Both the position numbers and the translations under genes were made by a program. From a virus (Duplodnaviria; Heunggongvirae; Uroviricota; Caudoviricetes): 23,100 nt of DNA. The stretch lies in the IMG/VR virus record IMGVR_UViG_2513237361_000003, positions 1-23,100 of that record, one strand, 5' to 3'. The notes beneath the pieces were generated by a model. It saw only the letters and a list, made by a program, of their open reading frames with translations, did no database searches and was not told where the DNA came from. This document shows, piece after piece, positions 8,965 to 18,545 of the stretch; positions within the stretch are counted from its first letter, which is position 1; every line of letters begins with the position of its first letter.

Positions 8965-10383
8965 ATGCCGATTCAGCAACTTCCGCTCATGAAAGGTGTC
9001 GGCAAAGACTTTCGAAACGCCGACTATATCGACTATCTGCCAGTGAATATGCTGGCTACACCCAAAGAAATACTCAACAGCAGCGGATATCTTCGCTCAT
9101 TCCCGGGCATTGCCAAACGTTCTGATGTGAACGGAGTATCGCGAGGCGTCGAGTACAACATGGCTCAGAATGCTGTTTATCGTGTGTGTGGCGGCAAGCT
9201 CTACAAAGGCGAAAGCGAAGTCGGTGACGTCGCCGGAAGTGGTCGCGTATCAATGGCACATGGTCGGACATCTCAGGCTGTAGGCGTTAATGGTCAACTG
9301 GTCGAGTATCGTTATGATGGCACGGTTAAAACAGTCTCAAACTGGCCTACAGACAGCGGATTCACGCAGTATGAGTTAGGTTCAGTTCGCGACATTACGC
9401 GCTTGCGTGGGCGTTATGCGTGGTCAAAAGACGGCACTGATTCATGGTTCATCACTGATCTTGAAGACGAATCGCATCCTGACCGCTACAGCGCACAATA
9501 TCGCGCAGAATCGCAGCCGGACGGCATCATCGGCATCGGCACATGGCGAGACTTCATCGTCTGCTTTGGTTCATCGACGATTGAATATTTCTCCCTGACT
9601 GGTGCAACCACCGTTGGTGCAGCTTTGTATGTCGCACAGCCATCACTGATGGTGCAAAAAGGCATCGCCGGGACTTACTGCAAAACGCCATTCGCTGATT
9701 CTTATGCGTTCATCAGCAATCCGGCAACAGGTGCTCCGTCTGTTTACATCATCGGATCCGGTCAGGTGTCACCAATCGCCAGCGCGAGCATTGAGAAAAT
9801 TCTCCGCTCCTACACTGCTGATGAACTGGCTGATGGTGTGATGGAGTCTCTGCGATTTGATGCGCATGAGTTGCTGATTATCCACCTTCCGCGCCATGTT
9901 CTCGTGTACGACGCATCTTCAAGCGCCAATGGTCCGCAATGGTGTGTACTGAAAACAGGCCTGTATGACGATGTGTACCGCGCTATCGACTTCATTTACG
10001 AAGGCAATCAGATAACGTGCGGCGATAAGCTGGAGTCCGTGACCGGGAAATTGCAGTTCGATATCAGCAGCCAGTACGACAAGCAACAGGAACACCTGCT
10101 GTTTACTCCGTTGTTCAAAGCGGATAACGCCAGAGTGTTCGACCTTGAGGTTGAATCGTCAACTGGCGTTGCGCAGTACGCCGACCGCCTGTTCCTCTCT
10201 GCAACCACTGACGGCATAAATTACGGACGTGAGCAGATGATTGAACAGAATGAACCGTTCGTTTACGACAAACGTGTTTTGTGGAAGCGAGTCGGGCGCA
10301 TCAGGAAAAATGTCGGCTTCAAATTGCGCGTTATCACGAAGTCACCTGTCACTCTGTCTGGCGCTCAGATAAGGATTGAGTAA
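8965..10383 (+). CDS. tail accessory factor, P22 gp10-like
   Basis: 472 aa, the same length as P22 gp10, in the conserved position between the gp4-like and gp26-like genes. Confidence 0.8.
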   Translation: MPIQQLPLMKGVGKDFRNADYIDYLPVNMLATPKEILNSSGYLRSFPGIAKRSDVNGVSRGVEYNMAQNAVYRVCGGKLYKGESEVGDVAGSGRVSMAHGRTSQAVGVNGQLVEYRYDGTVKTVSNWPTDSGFTQYELGSVRDITRLRGRYAWSKDGTDSWFITDLEDESHPDRYSAQYRAESQPDGIIGIGTWRDFIVCFGSSTIEYFSLTGATTVGAALYVAQPSLMVQKGIAGTYCKTPFADSYAFISNPATGAPSVYIIGSGQVSPIASASIEKILRSYTADELADGVMESLRFDAHELLIIHLPRHVLVYDASSSANGPQWCVLKTGLYDDVYRAIDFIYEGNQITCGDKLESVTGKLQFDISSQYDKQQEHLLFTPLFKADNARVFDLEVESSTGVAQYADRLFLSATTDGINYGREQMIEQNEPFVYDKRVLWKRVGRIRKNVGFKLRVITKSPVTLSGAQIRIE

Positions 10384-11084
10384 TGGCGGATTCGAATCTA
10401 AATGATCCGGTAATCATCCAGGCTACGCGGCTCGACACATCAGTCCTTCCACGCAATATCTTCTCGCAGTCATATCTGCTGTACGTTATCGCACAGGGTA
10501 CTGATGTTGGTAACGTGGCGAACAAGGCCAACGAAGCAGGGCGGGGCGCTTATGACGCACAAGTCAGGAACGATGAGCAGGATGTGATTCTGGTCGGTCA
10601 CGAAGAAAGAATTCGTCAGCTCCGCATTGAAGTAGATGACCATGAAATCCGTATTACTGCAAATACCAATGCAATCGCGTCGCTGGATGTCAGACTAACC
10701 ACGGCTGAAGGTGAAATAGTCACCTTGCAGGCTGATGTCAGTGCTCTTGATGGTAGAGTGACGGAGGCTGAAGGAAATATTTCTGCATTGCAGGACGATT
10801 ACGTATCGAAAACAGCAACAGCAACACAATCGCTGGCATCCCCCCTCAACGTAACAACATCCTATTCGGTCGGCGGCACCAAGGTTATTGGTGCTCGTCA
10901 GACAGGGTGGACAGCGGCTACAGGTACGGCTCTTCGCGGCTCATTCAACGCTAACCAGACATACACGGTAAGTGCCACATACACACGGTCTGAGGTGTCG
11001 GCTATGGCTACAGGATTGCAGCAGGCGCGGCAGCGTATCAAAGCTCTGGAAGATGCATTACGGACTCATGGGTTGATTGACTGA
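10383..11084 (+). CDS. tail needle (cell-envelope-penetrating plug), P22 gp26 type without a C-terminal knob
   Basis: 233 aa. N-terminus [43 protein letters not shown] is very close to P22 gp26 as recalled. Central heptad coiled coil. C-terminus ends ...[13 protein letters not shown]. Confidence 0.9.
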   Translation: MADSNLNDPVIIQATRLDTSVLPRNIFSQSYLLYVIAQGTDVGNVANKANEAGRGAYDAQVRNDEQDVILVGHEERIRQLRIEVDDHEIRITANTNAIASLDVRLTTAEGEIVTLQADVSALDGRVTEAEGNISALQDDYVSKTATATQSLASPLNVTTSYSVGGTKVIGARQTGWTAATGTALRGSFNANQTYTVSATYTRSEVSAMATGLQQARQRIKALEDALRTHGLID

Positions 11085-11539
11085 TGATTACATTCAAACC
11101 AACGCGAAACATCGACCTGATAGAAGCAGTAGGAAATCACCCTGACATTATCGCCGGGAGCAACAACGGTGATGGATACGACTACAAACCTGATTGCCGT
11201 TACTTTGAGGTGAACGTGCACGGGCAGTTCGGCGGCATTGTTTACTATCAGGAGATTCAGCCGCTGACATTCGATTGCCACGCCATGTACCTGCCAGAGA
11301 TTCGCGGCTTCAGCAAGGAAATCGGGCTGGCGTTCTGGCGATACATTCTGACTAACACCACCGTTCAGTGCGTCACATCGTTCGCCGCACGCAAATTCCG
11401 CCACGGGCAGATTTACTGCGCAATGATTGGCCTTAAGCGTGTAGGAACCATCAAGAAATACTTCAAAGGCGTGGATGACGTGACGTTTTACAGCGCAACA
11501 CGCGAAGAACTAATCGACTTCCTTAATCACGGGAGATAG
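11084..11539 (+). CDS. gp14-like head/ejection-associated protein
   Basis: 151 aa in the gp14 position between the needle and gp7-like genes. Start overlaps the gp26 stop. Confidence 0.65.
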   Translation: MITFKPTRNIDLIEAVGNHPDIIAGSNNGDGYDYKPDCRYFEVNVHGQFGGIVYYQEIQPLTFDCHAMYLPEIRGFSKEIGLAFWRYILTNTTVQCVTSFAARKFRHGQIYCAMIGLKRVGTIKKYFKGVDDVTFYSATREELIDFLNHGR

Positions 11540-11541
11540 CC

Positions 11542-12234
11542 ATGTTATATGCATTTAAGCTGGGCAGAAAACTGCGCGGCGAGGAACCTTATTGCCCTGA
11601 AAAAGGCGGGAAAGGTGGCAGTTCTGATAAAAGCGCAAAGTATGCAGCAGAAGCTCAGAAGTATGCCGCAGACCTGCAAAATCAGCAGTGGCAGACGATC
11701 ATGAAAAACCTTGCTCCGTTCACGCCGCTTGCGGAGCAGTATGTTAACCAGCTTCAGAATCTTTCCAGTTTAGAAGGACAGGGGAAGGCACTTAACCAGT
11801 ACTACAACTCTCAGCAGTACAAAGATCTTGCTGGTCAGGCTCGTTACCAGAGTCTTGCTGCTGCGGAGGCGACGGGTGGACTTGGTTCGACAGCCACAAG
11901 CAATCAACTGGCTACGATCGCGCCGACTCTCGGTCAGTCTTGGTTATCAAACCAGATGAGCAATTACAACAATCTGGCAAACGTTGGGCTTGGTGCGCTG
12001 CAAGGTCAGGCAAACGCCGGGCAGACGTACGCCAACAACATGAGCAGCATTGCACAGCAAAGCGCAGCTCTTGCCGCTGCTAATGCCAATAAACCATCAA
12101 GTCTTCAGACTGCAATTAGCGGTGGCACGTCTGGTGCGATTGCCGGTGCAGGTCTTGCCAGCCTTTTGGGAACATCAACACCTTGGGGCGCTGGCATTGG
12201 TGCTGGTATCGGATTGCTTGGCTCGTTGTTTTAA
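11542..12234 (+). CDS. ejection (injection) protein, P22 gp7-like
   Basis: 230 aa. N-terminus MLYAFKLGRKLRGEEPYCPEKGGKGG. Gln/Asn/Ala-rich middle and Gly-rich hydrophobic C-terminus. Conserved order 14-7-20-16. Confidence 0.8.
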   Translation: MLYAFKLGRKLRGEEPYCPEKGGKGGSSDKSAKYAAEAQKYAADLQNQQWQTIMKNLAPFTPLAEQYVNQLQNLSSLEGQGKALNQYYNSQQYKDLAGQARYQSLAAAEATGGLGSTATSNQLATIAPTLGQSWLSNQMSNYNNLANVGLGALQGQANAGQTYANNMSSIAQQSAALAAANANKPSSLQTAISGGTSGAIAGAGLASLLGTSTPWGAGIGAGIGLLGSLF

Positions 12235-12243
12235 GGGGTAATC

Positions 12244-13650
12244 ATGGCTACTTGGCAAGGATCAAATGGCGGATTGTTGGCTGGTATCGGCGGCGTCAAC
12301 TCAAACGCTCCGAGCGTAAATGACATCGGCAATACGCTTCAGCTTATCAGGCAGAACAATGATATTGAGCGTTCAGGCGCTAACAATGTTGGGCTGACTG
12401 CTTTGCAAGGCCTTTCAGGTATTGCGGGGGTGTTTCAGCAGGAAAAGCAGGCTCAGCGGCAGAAAGAATTTCAGCAGGCATACGCTAATGCTTATGCGTC
12501 TGGTGATCGCGGTGCTTTGCGTCAGTTGGCCACTCAATATCCAGACCAGATTGAATCCGTTCGTAAAGGCATGGGATTCATTGATGAAGAGCAGCGTAAT
12601 TCTATCGGCACCTTAGCGGCTGGCGCACGCCTTGCGTCATCGTCTCCAGAAGCAATGCAATCATGGCTGCAAAACAACGCCAATGAGCTGGCGCGCGTCG
12701 GTGTTGACCCTAATAACGTTGCTCAGATGTATCAGCAGAACCCTTCAGGATTTGGTGAGTTTGTTGATCACCTTGGGATGGCTGCGCTTGGTCCGATTGA
12801 TTACTTCAATGTTCAGGACAAGATGGCTGGTCGTGAAATTGACCGAGGCAGGCTGGCAGAGACAATCCGCAGCAATCAGGCTGGTGAAGCACTTCAGGCG
12901 AGAGGGCAAAACCTTTCCTATCAGTCAGCAATGACTGGGCACAATATCGCAGCACAACGCTTGGCTCTGGATCAGCAAGAGTTCGGGTTTAAGATGCAGC
13001 AAGCGCAGGAAAAGGCTCAGCAGTTGATTAGCGAAGCACCTAAGCTGTCAGTAAACATGGAAAAAGGCATCGAGACGGCTGTAAACAATGCCACAGCATC
13101 ATCAAACTCAGCCAATTCCATGAGTGCGCTTGCTCAACAGTTCAGAGCAGAAAAACCAACGACCGGTTTGTTCGGTAACGCACAGAACATGTTCGCAAAA
13201 CTTACCGGAAGCGATACGACATTGCGTGATTTGCGCATTCGCCAAAATGCCCTTGTTAACAGTCAGGTTCTTAAATTCCTACCTCCCGGCCCAGCAACGG
13301 ATAAAGACGTTGAGATCGTTCGACAGGGTGCGCCAACTGACATGGATAACCCTGAGACGGTCGCAAGATGGCTTGATGCAATGGCAAACCTTGAGCGACG
13401 AAACGCGCAGTTTAATGAGTTTAAAGCTGAGTGGATGAGCGCGAATGGCAACCCTGGACAATCGCGTAATGGCGGTCAGATATTGGGGTTGGATGTTAAA
13501 AAAGGTGAATCATTGGGGAGTGCCGTTAAGCGGTATATGTCAATGAATACTGACGCAGCGCCAGCACAAGATTCGACACCTTCAGGAGAACCACGGAATC
13601 AGGTTGGATCATATACCTCAAAATCAGGCATTCAATTTACGGTGGAATGA
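12244..13650 (+). CDS. ejection protein, P22 gp20-like
   Basis: 468 aa in the gp20 position. Its stop overlaps the next gene start. Confidence 0.8.
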   Translation: MATWQGSNGGLLAGIGGVNSNAPSVNDIGNTLQLIRQNNDIERSGANNVGLTALQGLSGIAGVFQQEKQAQRQKEFQQAYANAYASGDRGALRQLATQYPDQIESVRKGMGFIDEEQRNSIGTLAAGARLASSSPEAMQSWLQNNANELARVGVDPNNVAQMYQQNPSGFGEFVDHLGMAALGPIDYFNVQDKMAGREIDRGRLAETIRSNQAGEALQARGQNLSYQSAMTGHNIAAQRLALDQQEFGFKMQQAQEKAQQLISEAPKLSVNMEKGIETAVNNATASSNSANSMSALAQQFRAEKPTTGLFGNAQNMFAKLTGSDTTLRDLRIRQNALVNSQVLKFLPPGPATDKDVEIVRQGAPTDMDNPETVARWLDAMANLERRNAQFNEFKAEWMSANGNPGQSRNGGQILGLDVKKGESLGSAVKRYMSMNTDAAPAQDSTPSGEPRNQVGSYTSKSGIQFTVE

Positions 13651-15494
13651 TGAAAGTAACTGCAAACGGTAAGACATTTACCTTTCCTGATGGTACGAGC
13701 ACCGAAGATATTGGCACCGCCATTGATGAGTATTTTGCTGGTCAGGCTGTTCAGCAACAAACAGTTAATCAGGCCAATAATGCACCAACACGGGAAGAAC
13801 CATCATTGATGCAACAAGCTGGCGATTGGCTCACTGGTGGTCAAAGTGCAGGGCAAATTGCAGAACAGGCTGGTCGTGGTCTGGTAAACATACCATTTGA
13901 CGTATTGCAGGGCGGCGCAAGTCTGATTAATGCAATCAGTCAGGGGCTTGGTGGACCCAAGGTTTTGGATGATGTTTATCGTCCAGTAGACAGACCGACA
14001 GACCCCTACGCGCAATCCGGTGAAACAATTGGTGGGTATTTAGTTCCAGGAGTTGGAACGGCAGGAAGCATGGCTATTGGATCACTGGCAGAGGCCGCAA
14101 ATCAGAAAGGCGATTTCGCACAAAATGCAGCTAAAAATGCCGGAGTTAACCTTGCCGCTCAGGGTGTTCTTTCCGCAGCAGCAAAGGGAATAGGGCGTGG
14201 AATAACGGCTATAAAAGGTGATATTGCGCCAGAAGTGGCGAAGAAAATTGCCACATCAGAATCGATGGGCGTGACACCAATGACATCTGATGTTATCCCG
14301 CCGAAAAATGCTTTCACTCGCGGCCTAACTCAGGATGCCGAGGGGGCTTTGCTCGGGACAGGCTCAAAGCGAGCGGAGCAATATGCAACGCGTAGTAAGC
14401 TGGTAAGTAATTATTTTGACCGTTTTGGTGAGTACAACCCTGATGATGTGGTGAAATCTCTTACCACCACGTTAAGGGGGCGGAAGGATGCCGCTGGCGC
14501 TGTTATCAATGACGTCACCAATAAAATGGGTAATGCCGCAGTTGATACCACAAATACCATGAATGCTCTGAATACAGCGATCGCAAGACAGGAACGGCTT
14601 GGGACGTCTGCCAATCAAAGCCTGCTTACATCCTTGCGTAACCTACGTGAAGAATTAGCAAACCCTGCAACTGATTTGGATGTTACGTTTGATCTCTTGC
14701 GTCAGCACAGAACAGCATTTAGATCTAATGTTCAGGGAGATGCTATGGTCTTCCCCAACCAGGCAAAAGCAGCTACCAATATGGTAGAGAATGCAATGTC
14801 AAAAGACCTTCGTAACGCAGTTGCTAAAAACCTCGGTGCATCAGACGCAGCAAAATACCTTAAAGCAAATTCCGATTATGCAAACGTTTATAATAAGGTG
14901 CTTAATAAAAACATTGCCAACAAGCTCAACAAGGCAAGCAGTGAAGCCAGTCCTGAACTTATAAATACCGTTGTATTAAGCAGAAAACCATCTGACGTGA
15001 AACGAATCTGGAGCGCACTGGATGATAAGGGGAAAGATGCTATGCGTGCAGCTTACGTCAGCAAAATAGCGGAAAAGGCCGGGGACTCTCCAGCCAAGTT
15101 CATCACTGAAGTTAATAAGCTGAAATCTCAGTCAGGCGGTGAAATTTACAACACTATTTTTTCTGGAAAGCACATGAAAGAGCTTGATGCTCTTCATGAA
15201 GTTCTACAGCAAACAGCAAGGTCAGACACCGCAAATGTAGTAACTCAGACTGGGCAATCGCAAGCCAACAGGATAAGGACGATTGGCGCAACTGCGACCC
15301 TTGGCGTATCAATGGGGCTTGAGGCTGGTTTTGGTGCAATGATGCGCTTGTATGAGTCCAAAGCAGCAAGGAATGCTCTCTTACGTCTGGCAAACACTAA
15401 AACTGGAACGCCAGCTTATGAAAGAGCGCTAAATAATGCTGCAAATGCGATACGCCCTATACTTTCAAGCCAAATTACAGCAGAACAGCAATAA
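13647..15494 (+). CDS. ejection protein, P22 gp16-like
   Basis: 615 aa in the gp16 position, the last gene of the rightward virion block. Confidence 0.8.
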   Translation: MMKVTANGKTFTFPDGTSTEDIGTAIDEYFAGQAVQQQTVNQANNAPTREEPSLMQQAGDWLTGGQSAGQIAEQAGRGLVNIPFDVLQGGASLINAISQGLGGPKVLDDVYRPVDRPTDPYAQSGETIGGYLVPGVGTAGSMAIGSLAEAANQKGDFAQNAAKNAGVNLAAQGVLSAAAKGIGRGITAIKGDIAPEVAKKIATSESMGVTPMTSDVIPPKNAFTRGLTQDAEGALLGTGSKRAEQYATRSKLVSNYFDRFGEYNPDDVVKSLTTTLRGRKDAAGAVINDVTNKMGNAAVDTTNTMNALNTAIARQERLGTSANQSLLTSLRNLREELANPATDLDVTFDLLRQHRTAFRSNVQGDAMVFPNQAKAATNMVENAMSKDLRNAVAKNLGASDAAKYLKANSDYANVYNKVLNKNIANKLNKASSEASPELINTVVLSRKPSDVKRIWSALDDKGKDAMRAAYVSKIAEKAGDSPAKFITEVNKLKSQSGGEIYNTIFSGKHMKELDALHEVLQQTARSDTANVVTQTGQSQANRIRTIGATATLGVSMGLEAGFGAMMRLYESKAARNALLRLANTKTGTPAYERALNNAANAIRPILSSQITAEQQ

Positions 15495-15508
15495 AAGATA
15501 AGATATAA

Positions 15509-15994
15509 CTACCTGATATTACTGCTACTGTTGCATGTTACCGTGTTTCCAAATCCTGAATTGCAGTTTGTATATGTGTCAACGCGTGTTGGGTAAGGTT
15601 GAGTTATAACAGGCTGGCGCGCTTTTTGCTCGATCGCTTGCATTGTGTTTACAGCCTGATAATTCAATAAAGCCTGCTGGAATGCTTGGCTTTGTGCTAT
15701 TTGTTGGGCTTGTTCTTGGCTTTGTAATTGAACATAAAGATTCTGAAGCTCAAGTCTTGCCTGTGCGTCACTTATCTTGCCTTCATCGACACCTTGCCCG
15801 AGCATCTTTGCAGCAAGGACATACAGCTTAGGTGTTGGTGCTGATGCCATGCGTGAGTCGTTCTTCACACTGGCATCAAGGCAATTAGCCATATCGCTAA
15901 GCTTTTGATAGCGTTGTTCGCAACTTGCTTGATAGTCACTTACTTTTGCGCATCCAACCAGCAGAAGCGGGATAATTAACAGTGATTTTTTCAT
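15509..15994 (-). CDS. outer-membrane lipoprotein moron, candidate superinfection-exclusion or lysogenic-conversion protein
   Basis: AAGGAG 9 nt upstream of an ATG giving MKKSLLIIPLLLVGC. Lipobox LVGC with Ala at +2 (outer-membrane sorting rule). Mature part is Gln-rich and helical with several Cys. Convergent with gp16, occupying the slot P22 uses for sieA. Confidence 0.7.
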   Translation of the reverse strand: MKKSLLIIPLLLVGCAKVSDYQASCEQRYQKLSDMANCLDASVKNDSRMASAPTPKLYVLAAKMLGQGVDEGKISDAQARLELQNLYVQLQSQEQAQQIAQSQAFQQALLNYQAVNTMQAIEQKARQPVITQPYPTRVDTYTNCNSGFGNTVTCNSSSNIR

Positions 15995-16064
15995 ATGGTT
16001 AACTCTCCTTAGTTTTTCACAGGATATCATGAAGGCAATGCCATTTTAGCCGGAAACTAGATTT

Positions 16065-16331
16065 CTATGTTTCCTTTTTATTATTGCTATACATGGTCTT
16101 AAGCGTATCAAAGACAATTTTCTTAACCATATCAGATTGTTGTTCTGCCATACGCTCTGCATCGTCAATGTAAACTGATGCAGAGCTTTGTTTAGCCAAT
16201 GATTCTTCAATCGCTGCAATTATCTCTGAGTTCAGCGACCTGTTATTCATCTTCGCACGCTGCTTAATTTTCGCGTGGAGTTCATGCGGAAGTCTCAAGT
16301 GAAACTGCGCCTCGTCGTATTTGCTGTACAT
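16065..16331 (-). CDS. mnt: Mnt-like ribbon-helix-helix repressor (Arc/MetJ family)
   Basis: C-terminal DAERMAEQQSDMVKKIVFDTLKTMY and N-terminal FHLRLPHELHAKIKQRAKMNNRSLNSEI align with P22 Mnt as recalled. Start placed at the Met of MYSKY (88 aa); an upstream ATG at 16364 is possible. Confidence 0.8.
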   Translation of the reverse strand: MYSKYDEAQFHLRLPHELHAKIKQRAKMNNRSLNSEIIAAIEESLAKQSSASVYIDDAERMAEQQSDMVKKIVFDTLKTMYSNNKKET

Positions 16332-16392
16332 CCTTGATGCCTCACCAGTTGGGTGGAATGGCATCGTAACCTACTGGATAAACACTCAATAG

Positions 16393-16405
16393 TACCATTT
16401 TGGTA
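16393..16405. promoter_or_regulatory. candidate operator: inverted repeat TACCA-TTT-TGGTA in the mnt/tailspike divergent region
   Basis: Perfect 5-bp inverted repeat with a 3-bp spacer, in the 99-bp gap between the mnt start and the tailspike start. The P22 Omnt sequence itself is not present. Confidence 0.25.
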
Positions 16406-16463
16406 TGTAATGAATCTCAATCATATCCACGCTGAGTCTATTACTTGCATTTGGAGCCCTTAA

Positions 16464-18509
16464 ATGTCAGAGACGTCACAGTCAATTCTTGTAAATATGC
16501 CAATGAGTCTGTACACAGCATCGCGTTCATTCAAAGCTATTTCAAATGGTAAAATATATGTAGGTATTCCTGACACAGACCCTGTATATCCTGAAAATCA
16601 GGTTCCAGTATATATCGTTAATGAGAGTGGAAATAAGATACAGATTCCACAACCGATTGTTATAAACTCCGGTGGTCATCCTGTTTATAATGGTCAAATA
16701 ATAAATAAAATAATTACAGATGAACAATATAGTCTTGCTGTTTACGACTCTTATGGTTCTCAGGAATATTATTTTGACAATGTGGTAAGGTATGATCCTG
16801 AAGCATTAATGCAATTATTGGCTGGCAAGGAAGGTTATTCGTACATAGGGGAGTTGCAATCAGCTGCTGACTTCTTTGGTCTTGTTAAAAACGACGGCGC
16901 TCGTGTAAAACTACGTAGTTGGTATGCTGGTTGGAGTGTAACTACATATGGAAAGCCAAAAGGTGGTGGTGAGTTTATCTTCCAGGCTAATGTTCCGAAA
17001 GCTAAGCATGACGGCTGCATATACTTCAGCCCGACCGTGCCTTACAGCACAAATCTTTCATCATATGTTACTGGTCAGGGTGAAACTGATCCTACCGGGA
17101 GTGGCGTGTGGGTGAGAGATATTGGTGATGCCACACATATTCATACTGATTGGGCTGGTATTGGAGATGGATCAACATCCACATCTTCATCCGCGCATAG
17201 TGATGCATTACAAAATGTCTTCAATGCAGCGGCAGCCTTAGGTAAACATGTTCAGCTTGGGTATGGGTTTATCCACTTAGAAAAAGCTGTGAGTATGCCA
17301 GCTTTTTTTGACAATACGTCAGCCATGCCGCGGATTGAAGGATACGGCATAAACAGCAGTTACTTTATATGCACCCCGTTGGGTACTGATACATATAACA
17401 TCACGTGCATGTTGGATAGTTTTACCCAAACTTGGGGTATGAAAGACTTCCAGATTCGAGAGAAAGGCCTTACCAAAACTGGCTATTTAATGAAGTTGGG
17501 CCGCCTGACAGGGGCAGTAATTGAGCGTGTCAAATGGGCGGGGGGATACCAACAACTTCTTGCGCAAAGCGTACTGTCATGCACATGGATTGAGCCATGC
17601 TGGTTTAGTGGCTATCGTGGGGCGAAGTTTGAGGCAGGGGGAACGGTTGGTTCTGGTTATGCCAACCCTAACGCTAACAGATTCATTCGCCCACAGATTC
17701 TTACTATGGAAAACCAGGGTTTATGGATAGTTAACGCTACACAATTCCAAATTGATGGCGGTAGCATTGAAGGGTGTGGTTCTCCGGGGGACACTACATT
17801 CCGTGGGTTCTACGTGCAGGGTGGAGGTTCTGACGGCACCGTCGGGTTAGTAGTAGATGGGTTGTATGTGGAAACTGTTAGTGGATACCCGTTCTACATA
17901 ACCCATAGCAACAACCGCTCTATCAAGCATGTTATTTCAAATAGTAACTTCAACAATAACGATACGCAGTATCCTGTTAGCCAAGTAATAGTTCTTGGTG
18001 GTAATTATAGTTACCCGTCAGGGGTAACTATGACTCTGGAGATGCGTGGTAATACCTGCCTTGGGGTTGGCTATACGGCAAGCGCATCGAGGCCAGATGT
18101 TAGTATAAGTGGATATTCCGCCAATGAGCAGGCTATTTTTATCGATTATGATAACTTATGGATCCCATCACAATCACCGGTTGTGGATGCTACTGTTAAA
18201 TGGAAAAGCTCTCCTGACTTCGCTTTTGGTGTGAGCGTTGTTGGTGCGACTGGAGCAATGGGAAACAGGAGAAATATACTCAGTGTTACAAGGGGAGCGA
18301 CTGGGGTTTATACAGTAAATGCAAATCATGATATAGCAAACGTGGCTGTAGAAATAACTACTGTAGGGGTACCAGGATACGGAATAATAGGTGGTTATCC
18401 TACCGCAAACTCATTCGTTGTAAGGATGTACAATACTGCAGGCGCTCCCACTGACATAGATTTCATAGCATTAGGAAAAGACTATAGAGCAAGATTTAAC
18501 GCTACATAA
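16464..18509 (+). CDS. tailspike protein: P22-type N-terminal head-binding domain plus a distinct receptor-binding domain
   Basis: GGAG 8 nt before the ATG. Residues about 15-110 (SRSFKA..NGKIYVG..DTDPV.P.NQ.PVY..NE.G...) match the conserved head-binding domain of P22, Sf6 and HK620 tailspikes. The remaining ~570 aa are Gly/Asn/Ser/Thr-rich like a beta-helix but not recognisably P22's, and the DNA is more AT-rich. Confidence 0.9.
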   Translation: MSETSQSILVNMPMSLYTASRSFKAISNGKIYVGIPDTDPVYPENQVPVYIVNESGNKIQIPQPIVINSGGHPVYNGQIINKIITDEQYSLAVYDSYGSQEYYFDNVVRYDPEALMQLLAGKEGYSYIGELQSAADFFGLVKNDGARVKLRSWYAGWSVTTYGKPKGGGEFIFQANVPKAKHDGCIYFSPTVPYSTNLSSYVTGQGETDPTGSGVWVRDIGDATHIHTDWAGIGDGSTSTSSSAHSDALQNVFNAAAALGKHVQLGYGFIHLEKAVSMPAFFDNTSAMPRIEGYGINSSYFICTPLGTDTYNITCMLDSFTQTWGMKDFQIREKGLTKTGYLMKLGRLTGAVIERVKWAGGYQQLLAQSVLSCTWIEPCWFSGYRGAKFEAGGTVGSGYANPNANRFIRPQILTMENQGLWIVNATQFQIDGGSIEGCGSPGDTTFRGFYVQGGGSDGTVGLVVDGLYVETVSGYPFYITHSNNRSIKHVISNSNFNNNDTQYPVSQVIVLGGNYSYPSGVTMTLEMRGNTCLGVGYTASASRPDVSISGYSANEQAIFIDYDNLWIPSQSPVVDATVKWKSSPDFAFGVSVVGATGAMGNRRNILSVTRGATGVYTVNANHDIANVAVEITTVGVPGYGIIGGYPTANSFVVRMYNTAGAPTDIDFIALGKDYRARFNAT

Positions 18510-18512
18510 AAT

Positions 18513-18541
18513 CCCCCCCCAGGATAACTGTGGGGGGGGGG
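18513..18541. terminator. bidirectional GC hairpin between the convergent tailspike and gtrC genes
   Basis: C8 tract (18513-18520), loop AGGATAACTGT, G10 tract (18532-18541). Lies between the tailspike stop (18509) and the gtrC stop (18546). A/T-rich flank on the minus-strand side. Confidence 0.7.
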
Positions 18542-18545
18542 ATGT

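Noticed and set aside
16420-16440. Search for the P22 Omnt operator (AGGTCCACGGTGGACCT) near mnt
   Set aside because: Only a weak partial resemblance (ATCCACGCTGAGTCTAT) with no dyad symmetry. Not called as an operator; the TACCA-TTT-TGGTA repeat is the better candidate.
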